From a virus, in the IMG/VR virus record IMGVR_UViG_3300015607_002850, positions 2,512 through 66,511 of that record: DNA of 64,000 bases. One strand, 5' to 3'. Below, piece after piece: positions 29,462-38,691 of this stretch. Made by a program: the position numbers and the translations under genes. Numbering within the stretch: the first letter of the stretch is position 1; every line of letters begins with the position of its first letter. The notes beneath the pieces are model-generated. The model saw only the letters and a program-made list of their open reading frames with translations, searched no databases and had not been told where the DNA came from.

Positions 29462-30587
29462 TCTTTTTAAAAGAAATACTGATCCTACTAATTAGTATTT
29501 CGGTTATTCTATCTTTTTTATTGGGTACGGTAAAATCTCGATGTCCTTTTTTAGAGCAATTTTCCAGATCAGATAGAAGTGTTTTAATGTCATCTCCATT
29601 TAGTGACATGTCAACTTTTTTTGAGTTAATGTACGTTTCTCCAATATCACTTAATTTTGATATGTCAAATGCGTCTCCTTCATTTTTTGAATTTTCCACC
29701 CACACCTTAGTGTCATAGTTCCAAGAGTATTTTTTTGCTGGCTCTATAAGAGATTTAAATCTACCCTTTTCGCCAAAGTAGAATAAAGGACCTTTTACTT
29801 TATATGATATTCTGGACTTATATCCTTTTTTACCTTCTGTTTTTAGGTAACTTAAAACTCGATTTGATATTTCTTTTATCTTATTATCTAAGTTATCATC
29901 AAATATTAACTTATATCCTTCATTTACTTGTATTGATATCCAGAATTTATCAGATTGAGTATTTCCATCTGGTTCAGCACTTATTGGAAACTCATCCTCT
30001 AAATCAAGACATATGTCATCAATATATTGTGATATTGTATCTGACTCTTCTTGTTTGTCGAACTTAGCAATTAGTATAATACAAGGATATCCGTCCTTTA
30101 TTTTGAAATCTCTCTTTTTACTTTTATCGATGTGTTGGTTTGTTTTATAAGTGAACGCGCTATCTGGATAGACATCTCTATCACTTAATCTCTCACCGGT
30201 ATACTTATCACCTTTCTTTATTGTATCTTTTGTTAGATACACTATTTTTCTTTTATCGTGAGTTTCTCTATTACTAGAGTATATTTTCCATCCTCTTAAT
30301 ATCATTGGTATTTTAACCTTTGATGCTTTCAAATCACCTAATGATATTTCAGTTAGGTCATCTTTCATTTCATTTGGTGTTGAACCAGAAGTTGCAAAAA
30401 GTGGATCAAATTCACTATCATTTGTTTTTTTCTTAATTTCTTTCCATCTTAGATTCAATAGTGGATAAATTCCCATTAGCTTACCAATAAAAGCAAAAAG
30501 AAAAACAGGAAGATTTAACCAAGCTCTTTGATGTCTTGTTAATTCTTCATTAATTGAATAGTCATTATATGATTTCAAGTGTTTCAT
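29454..30587 (-). CDS. hypothetical protein with N-terminal KxF/YxE motif and a hydrophobic segment
   Basis: MKHLKSYNDYSINEE; 377 aa. Confidence 0.65.
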   Translation of the reverse strand: MKHLKSYNDYSINEELTRHQRAWLNLPVFLFAFIGKLMGIYPLLNLRWKEIKKKTNDSEFDPLFATSGSTPNEMKDDLTEISLGDLKASKVKIPMILRGWKIYSSNRETHDKRKIVYLTKDTIKKGDKYTGERLSDRDVYPDSAFTYKTNQHIDKSKKRDFKIKDGYPCIILIAKFDKQEESDTISQYIDDICLDLEDEFPISAEPDGNTQSDKFWISIQVNEGYKLIFDDNLDNKIKEISNRVLSYLKTEGKKGYKSRISYKVKGPLFYFGEKGRFKSLIEPAKKYSWNYDTKVWVENSKNEGDAFDISKLSDIGETYINSKKVDMSLNGDDIKTLLSDLENCSKKGHRDFTVPNKKDRITEILISRISISFKKKV

Positions 30588-30892
30588 TTGATTACTTCTG
30601 TTGGTATTTCTGATAACATTTTTGGTGGTATATCTGCATTATCTGATACTTCTCTAATTATATCTTCGTCAATACATCTCACTGATTCAAATTTAATATC
30701 AAGTCCAGCCCATTTAGCACCTTCTGTAAATGCCTCTATCCACTCTGATATTTTATCATGGTAGTAATCCCCATATTTATGTAATTTACCATCTATGTAA
30801 AGTGCATAAACACCATCTCCACCACCTGTGAAGTCAACTTTCACGAATGAGTGGCTTCCACTTGCTGACTCAAAAAGTTTAATGTGTTTCAT
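30584..30892 (-). CDS. hypothetical protein
   Basis: Start reassigned to MKHIKLFES (30892). Confidence 0.65.
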   Translation of the reverse strand: MKHIKLFESASGSHSFVKVDFTGGGDGVYALYIDGKLHKYGDYYHDKISEWIEAFTEGAKWAGLDIKFESVRCIDEDIIREVSDNADIPPKMLSEIPTEVIK

Positions 30893-31244
30893 CTTCTGTG
30901 TTAAATATTCTTTTATATGCCTTTTCGATGACATCTGGTATAATTGGTAATTTATTATAAATATCCGTACACACCTCTTTTGGATCCTCACCATCAGCTA
31001 TTCTGTATTCCAATTCTCTTATGATATTATCTCTTCTGTTTTCAAATCCTAAAAGATGGTCTACTATTGCACATTTAAAAACAAGTATATGTATCCATAG
31101 TTTTCTAACCTCATCTAATTCAGAGTTCATACCAACTATAACCTTGTCTAAAAATTGATCCTCGACTACTTCCTTCTTACCAAATCTCTTTTCTAGCCAA
31201 TCGGAAAGATCTTTATCCTCATTGAATCTTTTCAAGTATCTCAT
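30879..31244 (-). CDS. hypothetical protein
   Basis: MRYLKRFNE N-terminus; 121 aa. Confidence 0.65.
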   Translation of the reverse strand: MRYLKRFNEDKDLSDWLEKRFGKKEVVEDQFLDKVIVGMNSELDEVRKLWIHILVFKCAIVDHLLGFENRRDNIIRELEYRIADGEDPKEVCTDIYNKLPIIPDVIEKAYKRIFNTEDETH

Positions 31245-31831
31245 ATTTGGTCAAATCTTTTGATCTTAAATATTGAACTTATGTTGTCCAATTTAGATTT
31301 AATATCAGCTAATATTTTTTGGTGTGTTGAGTTTAATTCTCTACTATTTTCAATTGCATCAACTATTTGTGATGTTTCTTGGAAGTATTTATTTCTGAAT
31401 TTATCGGATGCTGTAAATGCGTCTGATATATTTTGTAATCTATCACATAATTTTATGATAAGAGCATCTTCCGACATCTTGGTCATCTTATAGATTAAAT
31501 AATCTGTTTTGCTACCATCATATCTGTGGTCTATTTCATCACCATCTGATGTCAACTCTAATACAATTTCTGCCACTCTTTTGCCAAACAACTCTTTAAT
31601 ATCTTTATATCCTTCCCATTTGTTACTATAACAATCTTCTAATACATCGTGTAATAAAGCAGCTACTAATAAGTCCTCATCAGTTGTATATTGTTTAACT
31701 AACCCATTAACCTTTTGAACGTGTGCATCAAAATATGGCTTATTTATGAATTTTCTAATCTGGTCTTTATGTTTATCTTGAGCAAATTCCCAAGCCTGCT
31801 TTTCTTTTGGAGTCGATGGTGTATTAGGCAT
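31241..31831 (-). CDS. small alarmone hydrolase (RelA/SpoT HD domain, Mesh1-like)
   Basis: AWEFAQDKHKDQIRK..PY..H, AALLHDVLED, FG.RVAEIVLELT, IKLCDRLQN. Confidence 0.85.
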   Translation of the reverse strand: MPNTPSTPKEKQAWEFAQDKHKDQIRKFINKPYFDAHVQKVNGLVKQYTTDEDLLVAALLHDVLEDCYSNKWEGYKDIKELFGKRVAEIVLELTSDGDEIDHRYDGSKTDYLIYKMTKMSEDALIIKLCDRLQNISDAFTASDKFRNKYFQETSQIVDAIENSRELNSTHQKILADIKSKLDNISSIFKIKRFDQI

Positions 31832-31906
31832 AAAAATTGTTTTATTTGTTGTATATATTAAAAAATATCCTTATATTTGTATGTTAAACCACTAAAACTA
31901 TTTACT

Positions 31907-32323
31907 ATGATTGACGGTAAGAAAATTGACAAAGTTCAAGCCCTTTTGAAGAAGGCTATCGCTGAAATTGAAAAACAAGAAAATGTCACTATTAATTTCT
32001 CAGGAATTCGATATAATAGTGCATATTACACAACTCAATTAACTGTTAAAACAAACGATGTTGATAACAGTAAAGTGAATGATGCCTATGAAAAGGTGTG
32101 TAAACGACTTGGTTTCACACAAAACATAATCGGGATGCAATTCCAAGGACAGCACGGTATTTGTGAGATTATTGAAATTAAAACAAGAAACCGTAAGTAT
32201 CCAGTTATCGCTAAGTGTTCTAATGGTAATCAGTATAAATATACTGTTGACCAAGTTAAAACAAAAATTGGAGGAGATAAAATAATCAATAGAAATGCTA
32301 ATCTAGATAAACTATTTAAATAA
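31907..32323 (+). CDS. hypothetical protein
   Basis: ATG 31907 after TATATTTG box (31872-31879); ends INRNANLDKLFK. Confidence 0.65.
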   Translation: MIDGKKIDKVQALLKKAIAEIEKQENVTINFSGIRYNSAYYTTQLTVKTNDVDNSKVNDAYEKVCKRLGFTQNIIGMQFQGQHGICEIIEIKTRNRKYPVIAKCSNGNQYKYTVDQVKTKIGGDKIINRNANLDKLFK

Positions 32324-32324
32324 T

Positions 32325-32918
32325 ATGAGTGCAATAAATCTTGTTTTGATGGGTCCTCCTGGTTCAGGAAAGGGTACTATGACTAATAAACTTAAAAATG
32401 ACTTCCCATATAGACTTATCTGTGCTGGTGATATTCTAAGAGCAGAGAAGGCATCGGGTAGTAAGTTAGGAAAAGAAATCTCAAAAATAATTGATAAGGG
32501 TAATTTGGTACCCGATCAAATGATTGATGAACTTATGTTCAAAGAGATTTCTAAGGGTATTAGAATCGAAGAGTCTTTCTTAATTGATGGATATCCACGA
32601 ACTGTTAAACAAGCAATTAATTTGGATGCAATGATAAATGTACCAGTTGTTGTTTGGTTGAATGTTTCTGATGAAACTACAATTAAGAGGAACTTAAACC
32701 GTGGACTAACATCGGGTCGTCCTGATGATGCTAATGAAGATGTTATTCGACAGCGATTAGAAAATTTCAAAAGTATGTCTTTACCTGTTAAACAATATTA
32801 CGCAAATAAGATTGTGGAGATTGATGGTGAAGGTACGATTGATGAAGTTTACCAACGTATTGTTGATACACTATTTGAGAATGTAAAGGAACCAAAAGAC
32901 TTAAGTGATATAATCTAA
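32325..32918 (+). CDS. adk: adenylate kinase (short LID)
   Basis: GPPGSGKGT, GDILR, GNLVPD, LIDGYPRTVKQA, RPDD. Confidence 0.93.
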   Translation: MSAINLVLMGPPGSGKGTMTNKLKNDFPYRLICAGDILRAEKASGSKLGKEISKIIDKGNLVPDQMIDELMFKEISKGIRIEESFLIDGYPRTVKQAINLDAMINVPVVVWLNVSDETTIKRNLNRGLTSGRPDDANEDVIRQRLENFKSMSLPVKQYYANKIVEIDGEGTIDEVYQRIVDTLFENVKEPKDLSDII

Positions 32919-32939
32919 ATAAGAATATAATATACTTTG

Positions 32940-32966
32940 AAAGCCGGTTCATCCGGCTTTTTTTTT
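32940..32966 (+). terminator. intrinsic terminator after adk
   Basis: AAAGCCGG-TTCAT-CCGGCTTT followed by T run. Confidence 0.75.
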
Positions 32967-32978
32967 AATATATACTTT

Positions 32979-33512
32979 GTGAAAAAATTCAGCAAAATAA
33001 CAGAGAATAAGCAGTTTTTTGATTGGTCTAAGGAAAGACTCTTTAATGAATTTAAGAGTGGTCTTAATCCAATTGAGATGCAAATTGAATTAATGTATGT
33101 TAGTAAAGATGATGATTGTAGCACTTGTTGGAACCAAATAGTAGATAAGAATACAGGACTTACAGATATTGAGAGGTTCAACGGAGAAGATAAGTTATTT
33201 TCACCGATGTTTATGATAGTATTAGTATTGGGTCAATATCCTACTGCAAATGATTTCCATCAGGTTAATGATGTTCAAGTTGATAATTGGACAGATGAGT
33301 CGATAAAAATTGATTTATTATTTAATGAGATTAAGAAGTTAGATAATTTTTTAGAAAAATATAAAAATGATTTTTTTATTTACTTTGAAAGAAGTTCAAT
33401 GGGTAAGTTTCAAAATGAGATATTAACTAAAAGTCTCTTAACAATAACTATCTCTCTAATAATGAAAGATGAATTTGAATACGAACAAATAGAAAATGTT
33501 AGAATACAATGA
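32979..33512 (+). CDS. hypothetical protein
   Basis: GTG start after TAATATATA; MKKFSKITEN N-terminus. Confidence 0.6.
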   Translation: MKKFSKITENKQFFDWSKERLFNEFKSGLNPIEMQIELMYVSKDDDCSTCWNQIVDKNTGLTDIERFNGEDKLFSPMFMIVLVLGQYPTANDFHQVNDVQVDNWTDESIKIDLLFNEIKKLDNFLEKYKNDFFIYFERSSMGKFQNEILTKSLLTITISLIMKDEFEYEQIENVRIQ

Positions 33513-34780
33513 AAATACACAGATATAATACCTTTGTTAGCTCAATTAAAGAGAGCGTTTCAGTTAAATCAAATACACCGCCTTCTTATGAAGAGTGTGT
33601 TGAGATGTGCTCAAGAGAGGACTCACCATTTTATGAATCTAAATTTAATATAGATGGATACAATATTTCTGTATTCAACTATCGTCTTGCTCAATATAAA
33701 GACTTTGTTACTCCAATACCTGATAAGCCAGAAATTAAAGCATATGAGATGAGAGGTCTAACCTTTGTTTTCAATGAAGATGGTACACTTTATAACAGAT
33801 ATGTGTTACTTGAGAAGTTCTTTAACTTGAATCAAGTTCCTGAGTCCATGTATTCCATTGTTAAGAACTATAAGATAAAATTTGTTAACAATAAAGAAGA
33901 TGGTTCAATTGCATCGTTTATAAAATTACCAAATGGTAAGATAATTGGTAAATCAAAGATGGGATTTGATAATGATCAAGCTAATGGCATAAACAGAATA
34001 TACAAGACCAATAACGATGTTAAGAGTTTTGTTAATTGGTGTTTAGATAATGATATTGTTCCTATATTTGAGTATGTTGCTCCACACAATAGAATTGTAT
34101 TAAAGTACTCTAAAGAGGAATTAATTCTATTAAGAATGAGAGATAATAAAACAGGTAAACATATTGACATAAAGGATCACTTTGATAAACTCGGTTCCAT
34201 CAAAGTTGCCCCTTTTGAAGATGACTTCAGAGATTTAGACCACCTAATTGAATTGACAGGTACACAAACTGACAAAGAGGGTTCTATTGTTACTGCTGAG
34301 GATGAGCATGGAAGAGATTTCTTCTTTAAGTTAAAGACTCCTTGGTACTGTGAGAGACATGGTTTATTGACAGAAGATTTATATCGTGAACATATTATCA
34401 TAGGATATATCCTTGATGATAAGATAGATGATATACTTGGTCAAATACCAGAGGATGAAAAAGAAGCACACGATAGAATAAATAAGATAATATCTGTTGT
34501 TAAAAGGGCTATTGATGATAAGGTTGAAGATATTAAGAAGTCATATCAGGTTTTCCTTGATATGGGTTCTGATAGAAAAGCTTATGCAATGAAATATTAT
34601 AAAAAGGAACCAAATTTTGGTGCTGTAATGGCAATGGCTAAAGGAATTGATCCATATGAAATCGCTAAAGAGTGGGTCAGAGACCAAACAAAGAGATTAC
34701 AAATAGCACGTGATTGGTTGCTTAAAAAGGATCCTACTTTATTTTTCCAGGACCCTGAGGAAAATGAAGATGATAACTAA
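33509..34780 (+). CDS. T4 RNA ligase 1 (RnlA)-like ligase
   Basis: EMRGLTF, EKFFNLNQ, KEDGS motif I, FEYVAP.NRIVL.Y, EGSI, KLKTPWY..H. Confidence 0.85.
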   Translation: MKIHRYNTFVSSIKESVSVKSNTPPSYEECVEMCSREDSPFYESKFNIDGYNISVFNYRLAQYKDFVTPIPDKPEIKAYEMRGLTFVFNEDGTLYNRYVLLEKFFNLNQVPESMYSIVKNYKIKFVNNKEDGSIASFIKLPNGKIIGKSKMGFDNDQANGINRIYKTNNDVKSFVNWCLDNDIVPIFEYVAPHNRIVLKYSKEELILLRMRDNKTGKHIDIKDHFDKLGSIKVAPFEDDFRDLDHLIELTGTQTDKEGSIVTAEDEHGRDFFFKLKTPWYCERHGLLTEDLYREHIIIGYILDDKIDDILGQIPEDEKEAHDRINKIISVVKRAIDDKVEDIKKSYQVFLDMGSDRKAYAMKYYKKEPNFGAVMAMAKGIDPYEIAKEWVRDQTKRLQIARDWLLKKDPTLFFQDPEENEDDN

Positions 34781-34983
34781 TGAAATATCTTAAATCATAT
34801 AAGATTTTTGAGAAACAAGGAGTTCCAGATGAGATATTTTCTGAGTTTGATAAAAACTTTGGAGACTCGGTTGGTTTATTTGGTAAGAATTTAATGGATA
34901 TACTTGTTAAGTATTCTGGTTCTATAAATAAGGCAGGTGATACTGTTAGAAGAAAGTTATTAAAAAGAATAGAGGAGATATGA
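34780..34983 (+). CDS. hypothetical protein
   Basis: MKYLKSYKIFE N-terminus. Confidence 0.6.
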   Translation: MKYLKSYKIFEKQGVPDEIFSEFDKNFGDSVGLFGKNLMDILVKYSGSINKAGDTVRRKLLKRIEEI

Positions 34984-35744
34984 TAACTAATTATAAAATA
35001 TTTGAAACACTTAATAGTCGAGGCACAAAGTCTTTGACTGAGAAGGAGTTTGATCAAATATTGAAAAGTAATTGTAAGAATTGGTCGAGGTCTAAAACTC
35101 CTTTATATAGAGGTCAGATAAATCTTGGTACATATCTCTATACTGATCCAAGAGGAACATATAGAAAATCAATTGATGATGTTAACACACATATTGAAAT
35201 GATGGATAATCTTCCTTCTTGGGAAGGATATCCTAAGTACTCTCAATCTGTTATTGGTGTGTCAAGTAATAAATCAATGGCTGAGGATTATATATCAGAT
35301 AATGGCGTTGTGTATGAGATTATACCATTTGATAATATAGAAATTGCTGTTTGTCCATCAATGACTATATGGGATTCATTTGGTGGATTTGGCGATGAGG
35401 ATGCAATTTATTTAACGGGAAATTTTCTCGAAGAAAATGGAATAAATCGTGACATCTGGATACAATCAGAGGGAGAATCTATTGAAGATAGATTAAAGTC
35501 ACTTGATAAGATATCTAATGGTAAATACTCAAAGGAGTTCTTACATCAGGCATCTGATTATATAAAAAAGAAACCCTCTAAAATAAATGGGGTTGATTGT
35601 TATAATTTTATAAACGACTACTTGTTTAATCCAGCTGTGTGTGGATTCAATAAGGTTAGATATGTGAGTGGATTTGAGATAGAAAAAAATAAACAAATTT
35701 GGACAAATGGTCCTGTTTTACTAATTCATCAAGATTTGGTTTAA
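34980..35744 (+). CDS. hypothetical protein, possible ADP-ribosyltransferase-like fold
   Basis: PLYRG ... VSSNKSMAEDY ... GVVYEI pattern; MITNYKIFE N-terminus. Confidence 0.45.
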   Translation: MITNYKIFETLNSRGTKSLTEKEFDQILKSNCKNWSRSKTPLYRGQINLGTYLYTDPRGTYRKSIDDVNTHIEMMDNLPSWEGYPKYSQSVIGVSSNKSMAEDYISDNGVVYEIIPFDNIEIAVCPSMTIWDSFGGFGDEDAIYLTGNFLEENGINRDIWIQSEGESIEDRLKSLDKISNGKYSKEFLHQASDYIKKKPSKINGVDCYNFINDYLFNPAVCGFNKVRYVSGFEIEKNKQIWTNGPVLLIHQDLV

Positions 35745-35769
35745 TATATACATTAATTAATTATAAGTT

Positions 35770-36171
35770 ATGAAACATATGTGTACATTTGAGTTTTTTA
35801 GCTGGGGTAAAAAGAAAAAAGTTCCTACACCAAAGGAGAGAGCAGATGATGCTGTTTCCATAATAAATGTTGCGTGGGAAAAACTAGTTAAAGAAGCTGG
35901 TGGTGAAGAAGGACTGTCAGTTGGGAAACAAATGGGGTATGATAACTTTGGTGACTTCACTGATTTTTGTTATGATTTCGGAAAAGAAATCCAAGATATT
36001 ATTGTGAAGGATAAGGAAAATGTTAAATACTACAAGACACTTGTTACTGACGTTTATAAGAAAATGAGAAAGATTACACACATAAGAGGTGTTTCTAGTT
36101 TATCAGTTGCACAATTCAAAGCTGCCAGATCGAGAATCGAGCTTATATTAAAAGTTATGAGACATGTATGA
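35770..36171 (+). CDS. hypothetical protein
   Basis: MKHMCTFE N-terminus; late promoter upstream. Confidence 0.6.
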   Translation: MKHMCTFEFFSWGKKKKVPTPKERADDAVSIINVAWEKLVKEAGGEEGLSVGKQMGYDNFGDFTDFCYDFGKEIQDIIVKDKENVKYYKTLVTDVYKKMRKITHIRGVSSLSVAQFKAARSRIELILKVMRHV

Positions 36172-36497
36172 GAATCAAAAGATTTAACCAATTTATTAAC
36201 GAAGAGTTAAGAATATCCACCGAAAAACACAAATGTCCAGTTTGTGGTGGTCAATTATATAGAACTGATGCTGGTGGTACATCAGCAACATTACAATGTT
36301 CTTCACCTGAGGCGAGATTTTGGGACTTCCCAAGAGGTAGTCAAGAGCAAAAGAAAGCTCATGACCACTTTATGAGATCAACAGTTTATGTTTCTAATCA
36401 AGAGTGGGATGAATTAACATCCAAAAAAGGTGATATGGCTGGAAATGTAATGGAAACTATTCCAGCATCAAAGGCTAGACCTGACAGTGGAATGTAA
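36168..36497 (+). CDS. Zn-ribbon hypothetical protein
   Basis: MRIKRFNQFINEE; CPVCGG..LQCS. Confidence 0.6.
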   Translation: MRIKRFNQFINEELRISTEKHKCPVCGGQLYRTDAGGTSATLQCSSPEARFWDFPRGSQEQKKAHDHFMRSTVYVSNQEWDELTSKKGDMAGNVMETIPASKARPDSGM

Positions 36498-37099
36498 TGG
36501 AAAAGAAATTCAATAAATATAAGAAGAGAGGAAAAACTAGAATCAAAAGGATATCAACTGGTGAATATAGTTACAATCCAGTTGCACCATCTGCTAGCTC
36601 TACTCTTACTCCAAAGTATAATATCGGTGTTCTTAAAGAAAGTAAATCTGATTATTTATATGATGTTGATATAATCACATCTTTCATGGAGGATATTATT
36701 GATTTGGGATTTAGTGTTACTGCATATGCTAATGTTTCTAGAGTGGGTGTAGGTAACTCTCATCAGGAGAGAGGAGACATTTATAAGATAAAGGAGTTTT
36801 TAGAGAAAACACCTAGTTGGAGTATTGGAACCATAAGCTACAGTTTAAATATAAACTCTAATAAAAAAGGAATTGATTCATTTCAGATTCTAAAATCCAA
36901 TTTAGACACATTAAGAGGTAGGTTAGAAGACATGACAAATTGTAGAGTTGATACTTTAATAATTAATTCTGATGTGAAGTACTCAGAGAATTATGTTAGA
37001 GGTGAGTATGTTAAGAATGAAAATATGTCCATCCATGCATCTATGACAATAAGTAATATTAAAAGCAAAAGAGATAAAATTAGTAATTTAGAAAACTAA
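36497..37099 (+). CDS. hypothetical protein
   Basis: 200 aa ORF. Confidence 0.6.
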   Translation: MEKKFNKYKKRGKTRIKRISTGEYSYNPVAPSASSTLTPKYNIGVLKESKSDYLYDVDIITSFMEDIIDLGFSVTAYANVSRVGVGNSHQERGDIYKIKEFLEKTPSWSIGTISYSLNINSNKKGIDSFQILKSNLDTLRGRLEDMTNCRVDTLIINSDVKYSENYVRGEYVKNENMSIHASMTISNIKSKRDKISNLEN

Positions 37100-37103
37100 T
37101 CCT

Positions 37104-37238
37104 TATATTTGTAATATATACAGTATGAAATTTAATCAAAATATAGTGGTTGTCAACGTATCAGTCTGATATGTTGGATAACTATTGCTAAATTAACCCG
37201 AACCCGACATATCAAAATATGTCGGGTTTTTTATTTTT
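37104..37238 (+). promoter_or_regulatory. valS promoter and transcription attenuator
   Basis: TATATTTG/TAATATATA boxes; stems 37153-37163:37167-37177 (protector), 37167-37177:37204-37214 (antiterminator), 37201-37212:37217-37228 plus T run (terminator). Confidence 0.85.
37125..37169 (+). CDS. valine-rich attenuator leader peptide MKFNQNIVVVNVSV
   Basis: 5 Val in the last 7 codons (GTG GTT GTC..GTA..GTC), directly upstream of valS. Confidence 0.85.
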   Translation: MKFNQNIVVVNVSV

Positions 37239-37257
37239 AAAAATTAACAAAAACATT

Positions 37258-38589
37258 ATGAAAAAAAACTACTTAATCGACACACCACCGCCGACCATAA
37301 GCGGTAACCTTCACATAGGACACATATTTTCCTACACACAAGGTGACATTATGGCAAGATACCAAAGATACCTTGGTAAGGATTTAATCTATCCATTTTG
37401 CTTTGATAATAATGGTATACCAACTGGTAAATTAGCATCCAATAAAGGAATAAAAGGAACAGAAAATATAATCAACTTCTCAATCGAAAAGTCAAAAGAC
37501 TATTTACAAACATTTAATCAGTGTAGTATAGAATTTGGTACACAATCTTATCACACATATGATGAACAATCAATAAAAATAGCTTATGATGCTTTTGAAC
37601 TATTAAAAAGTAAAGGAATTGCATACAAAGCAACAACGGAATATCTATGGTCTGAAAAACTTAAAACATCAATATCACAGTCTGAAATAGATGACAATGG
37701 TATTATAGAAAGAACAGGAGAGAAGTCCATAATTAAAATTGGTGAAGGTTGGTTCATTGATATTAAAAGTCATTTACCAAAGATAAAAGAAATGATAGAC
37801 CAAATTGAATGGAGACCACTTACATATAAGAAAAGAGCAGATGATTGGATAGAACAAATACAGTGGGATTGGTCAATATCAAGAGAAAGAAACTTTGGTA
37901 TACCAATACCTGGTGAAGAAAACATGACTTTTGATACTTGGTTCATCTCAGCATTGACGCCGCAACTTGCTTGGTCATCACATATTGGATATCCATCTTT
38001 ATCTTGTCCAATATTTGATATGAGATTTCAATCACATGATATTATAAGAACTTGGGCATTTTATACTATTGCTATGTCTTATTTTATAAATGGTCAAATT
38101 CCTTGGAAGACAATTATGATAACTGGTCATACGTTAGATGGTAATGGAGATAAATTTAGTAAGTCATCTGGTAATGCAACTCCCCCAAAACCATTATTGG
38201 ATAAACATGGTTCTAATGGTATTAGATATTGGTCTTCTTCAAATACATTGGGTCTTGATACAAAGATAGACGAGAATAAGATGAAGATGGGTTGGAGAAT
38301 GTCTAATAAGTTCAAAAATGCTAAGAAGTTTATACAGATGCAAATTGAAAATGGGTGGATTGGTGAAGATGACTCATTAATGGAAATTTGGTATGATTAT
38401 AAGACACAAATATTAAATGCGTTTGAATCTATGGAATTTAATATTGCAAATGACTTAATCTATAAATTCTTTTGGAATATATTTTGTGATGAGTGGATAG
38501 AGATTTCTAAAAAAGATCCAAAGTCTACCACACTGAAAAAGATTATAGATGAACTTGAGCCAATATTTGATATTATTTATGGTGATTAA
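37258..38589 (+). CDS. valS: minimal valyl-tRNA synthetase (443 aa)
   Basis: IDTPPPTISGNLHIGH, DWSISRERNFGIPIP, FDTWFIS, QSHDIIRTWAFYT, KFSKSSGN; ATG 37258 (ATG 37219 lies inside the terminator). Confidence 0.88.
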   Translation: MKKNYLIDTPPPTISGNLHIGHIFSYTQGDIMARYQRYLGKDLIYPFCFDNNGIPTGKLASNKGIKGTENIINFSIEKSKDYLQTFNQCSIEFGTQSYHTYDEQSIKIAYDAFELLKSKGIAYKATTEYLWSEKLKTSISQSEIDDNGIIERTGEKSIIKIGEGWFIDIKSHLPKIKEMIDQIEWRPLTYKKRADDWIEQIQWDWSISRERNFGIPIPGEENMTFDTWFISALTPQLAWSSHIGYPSLSCPIFDMRFQSHDIIRTWAFYTIAMSYFINGQIPWKTIMITGHTLDGNGDKFSKSSGNATPPKPLLDKHGSNGIRYWSSSNTLGLDTKIDENKMKMGWRMSNKFKNAKKFIQMQIENGWIGEDDSLMEIWYDYKTQILNAFESMEFNIANDLIYKFFWNIFCDEWIEISKKDPKSTTLKKIIDELEPIFDIIYGD

Positions 38590-38643
38590 ACTTTTTTCCT
38601 TTTTGATATAAAAGATATATCGTGTTGAAAAAGTGACATCAAA

Positions 38644-38664
38644 TAACTTTGGCACGATATTTGA
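38644..38664 (+). promoter_or_regulatory. dnaK promoter: TAACTTTG box overlapping sigma54-like TGGCACG-N4-TTGA
   Basis: Sequence match to the -24/-12 consensus with C>A at -12. Confidence 0.4.
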
Positions 38665-38691
38665 TATAGTAAATCAAAAAAATAATTTAAT

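Noticed and set aside
37219..37257. N-terminal extension of ValRS from ATG 37219
   Set aside because: That ATG lies inside the terminator stem; ATG 37258 follows an A-rich leader and precedes the first conserved motif.
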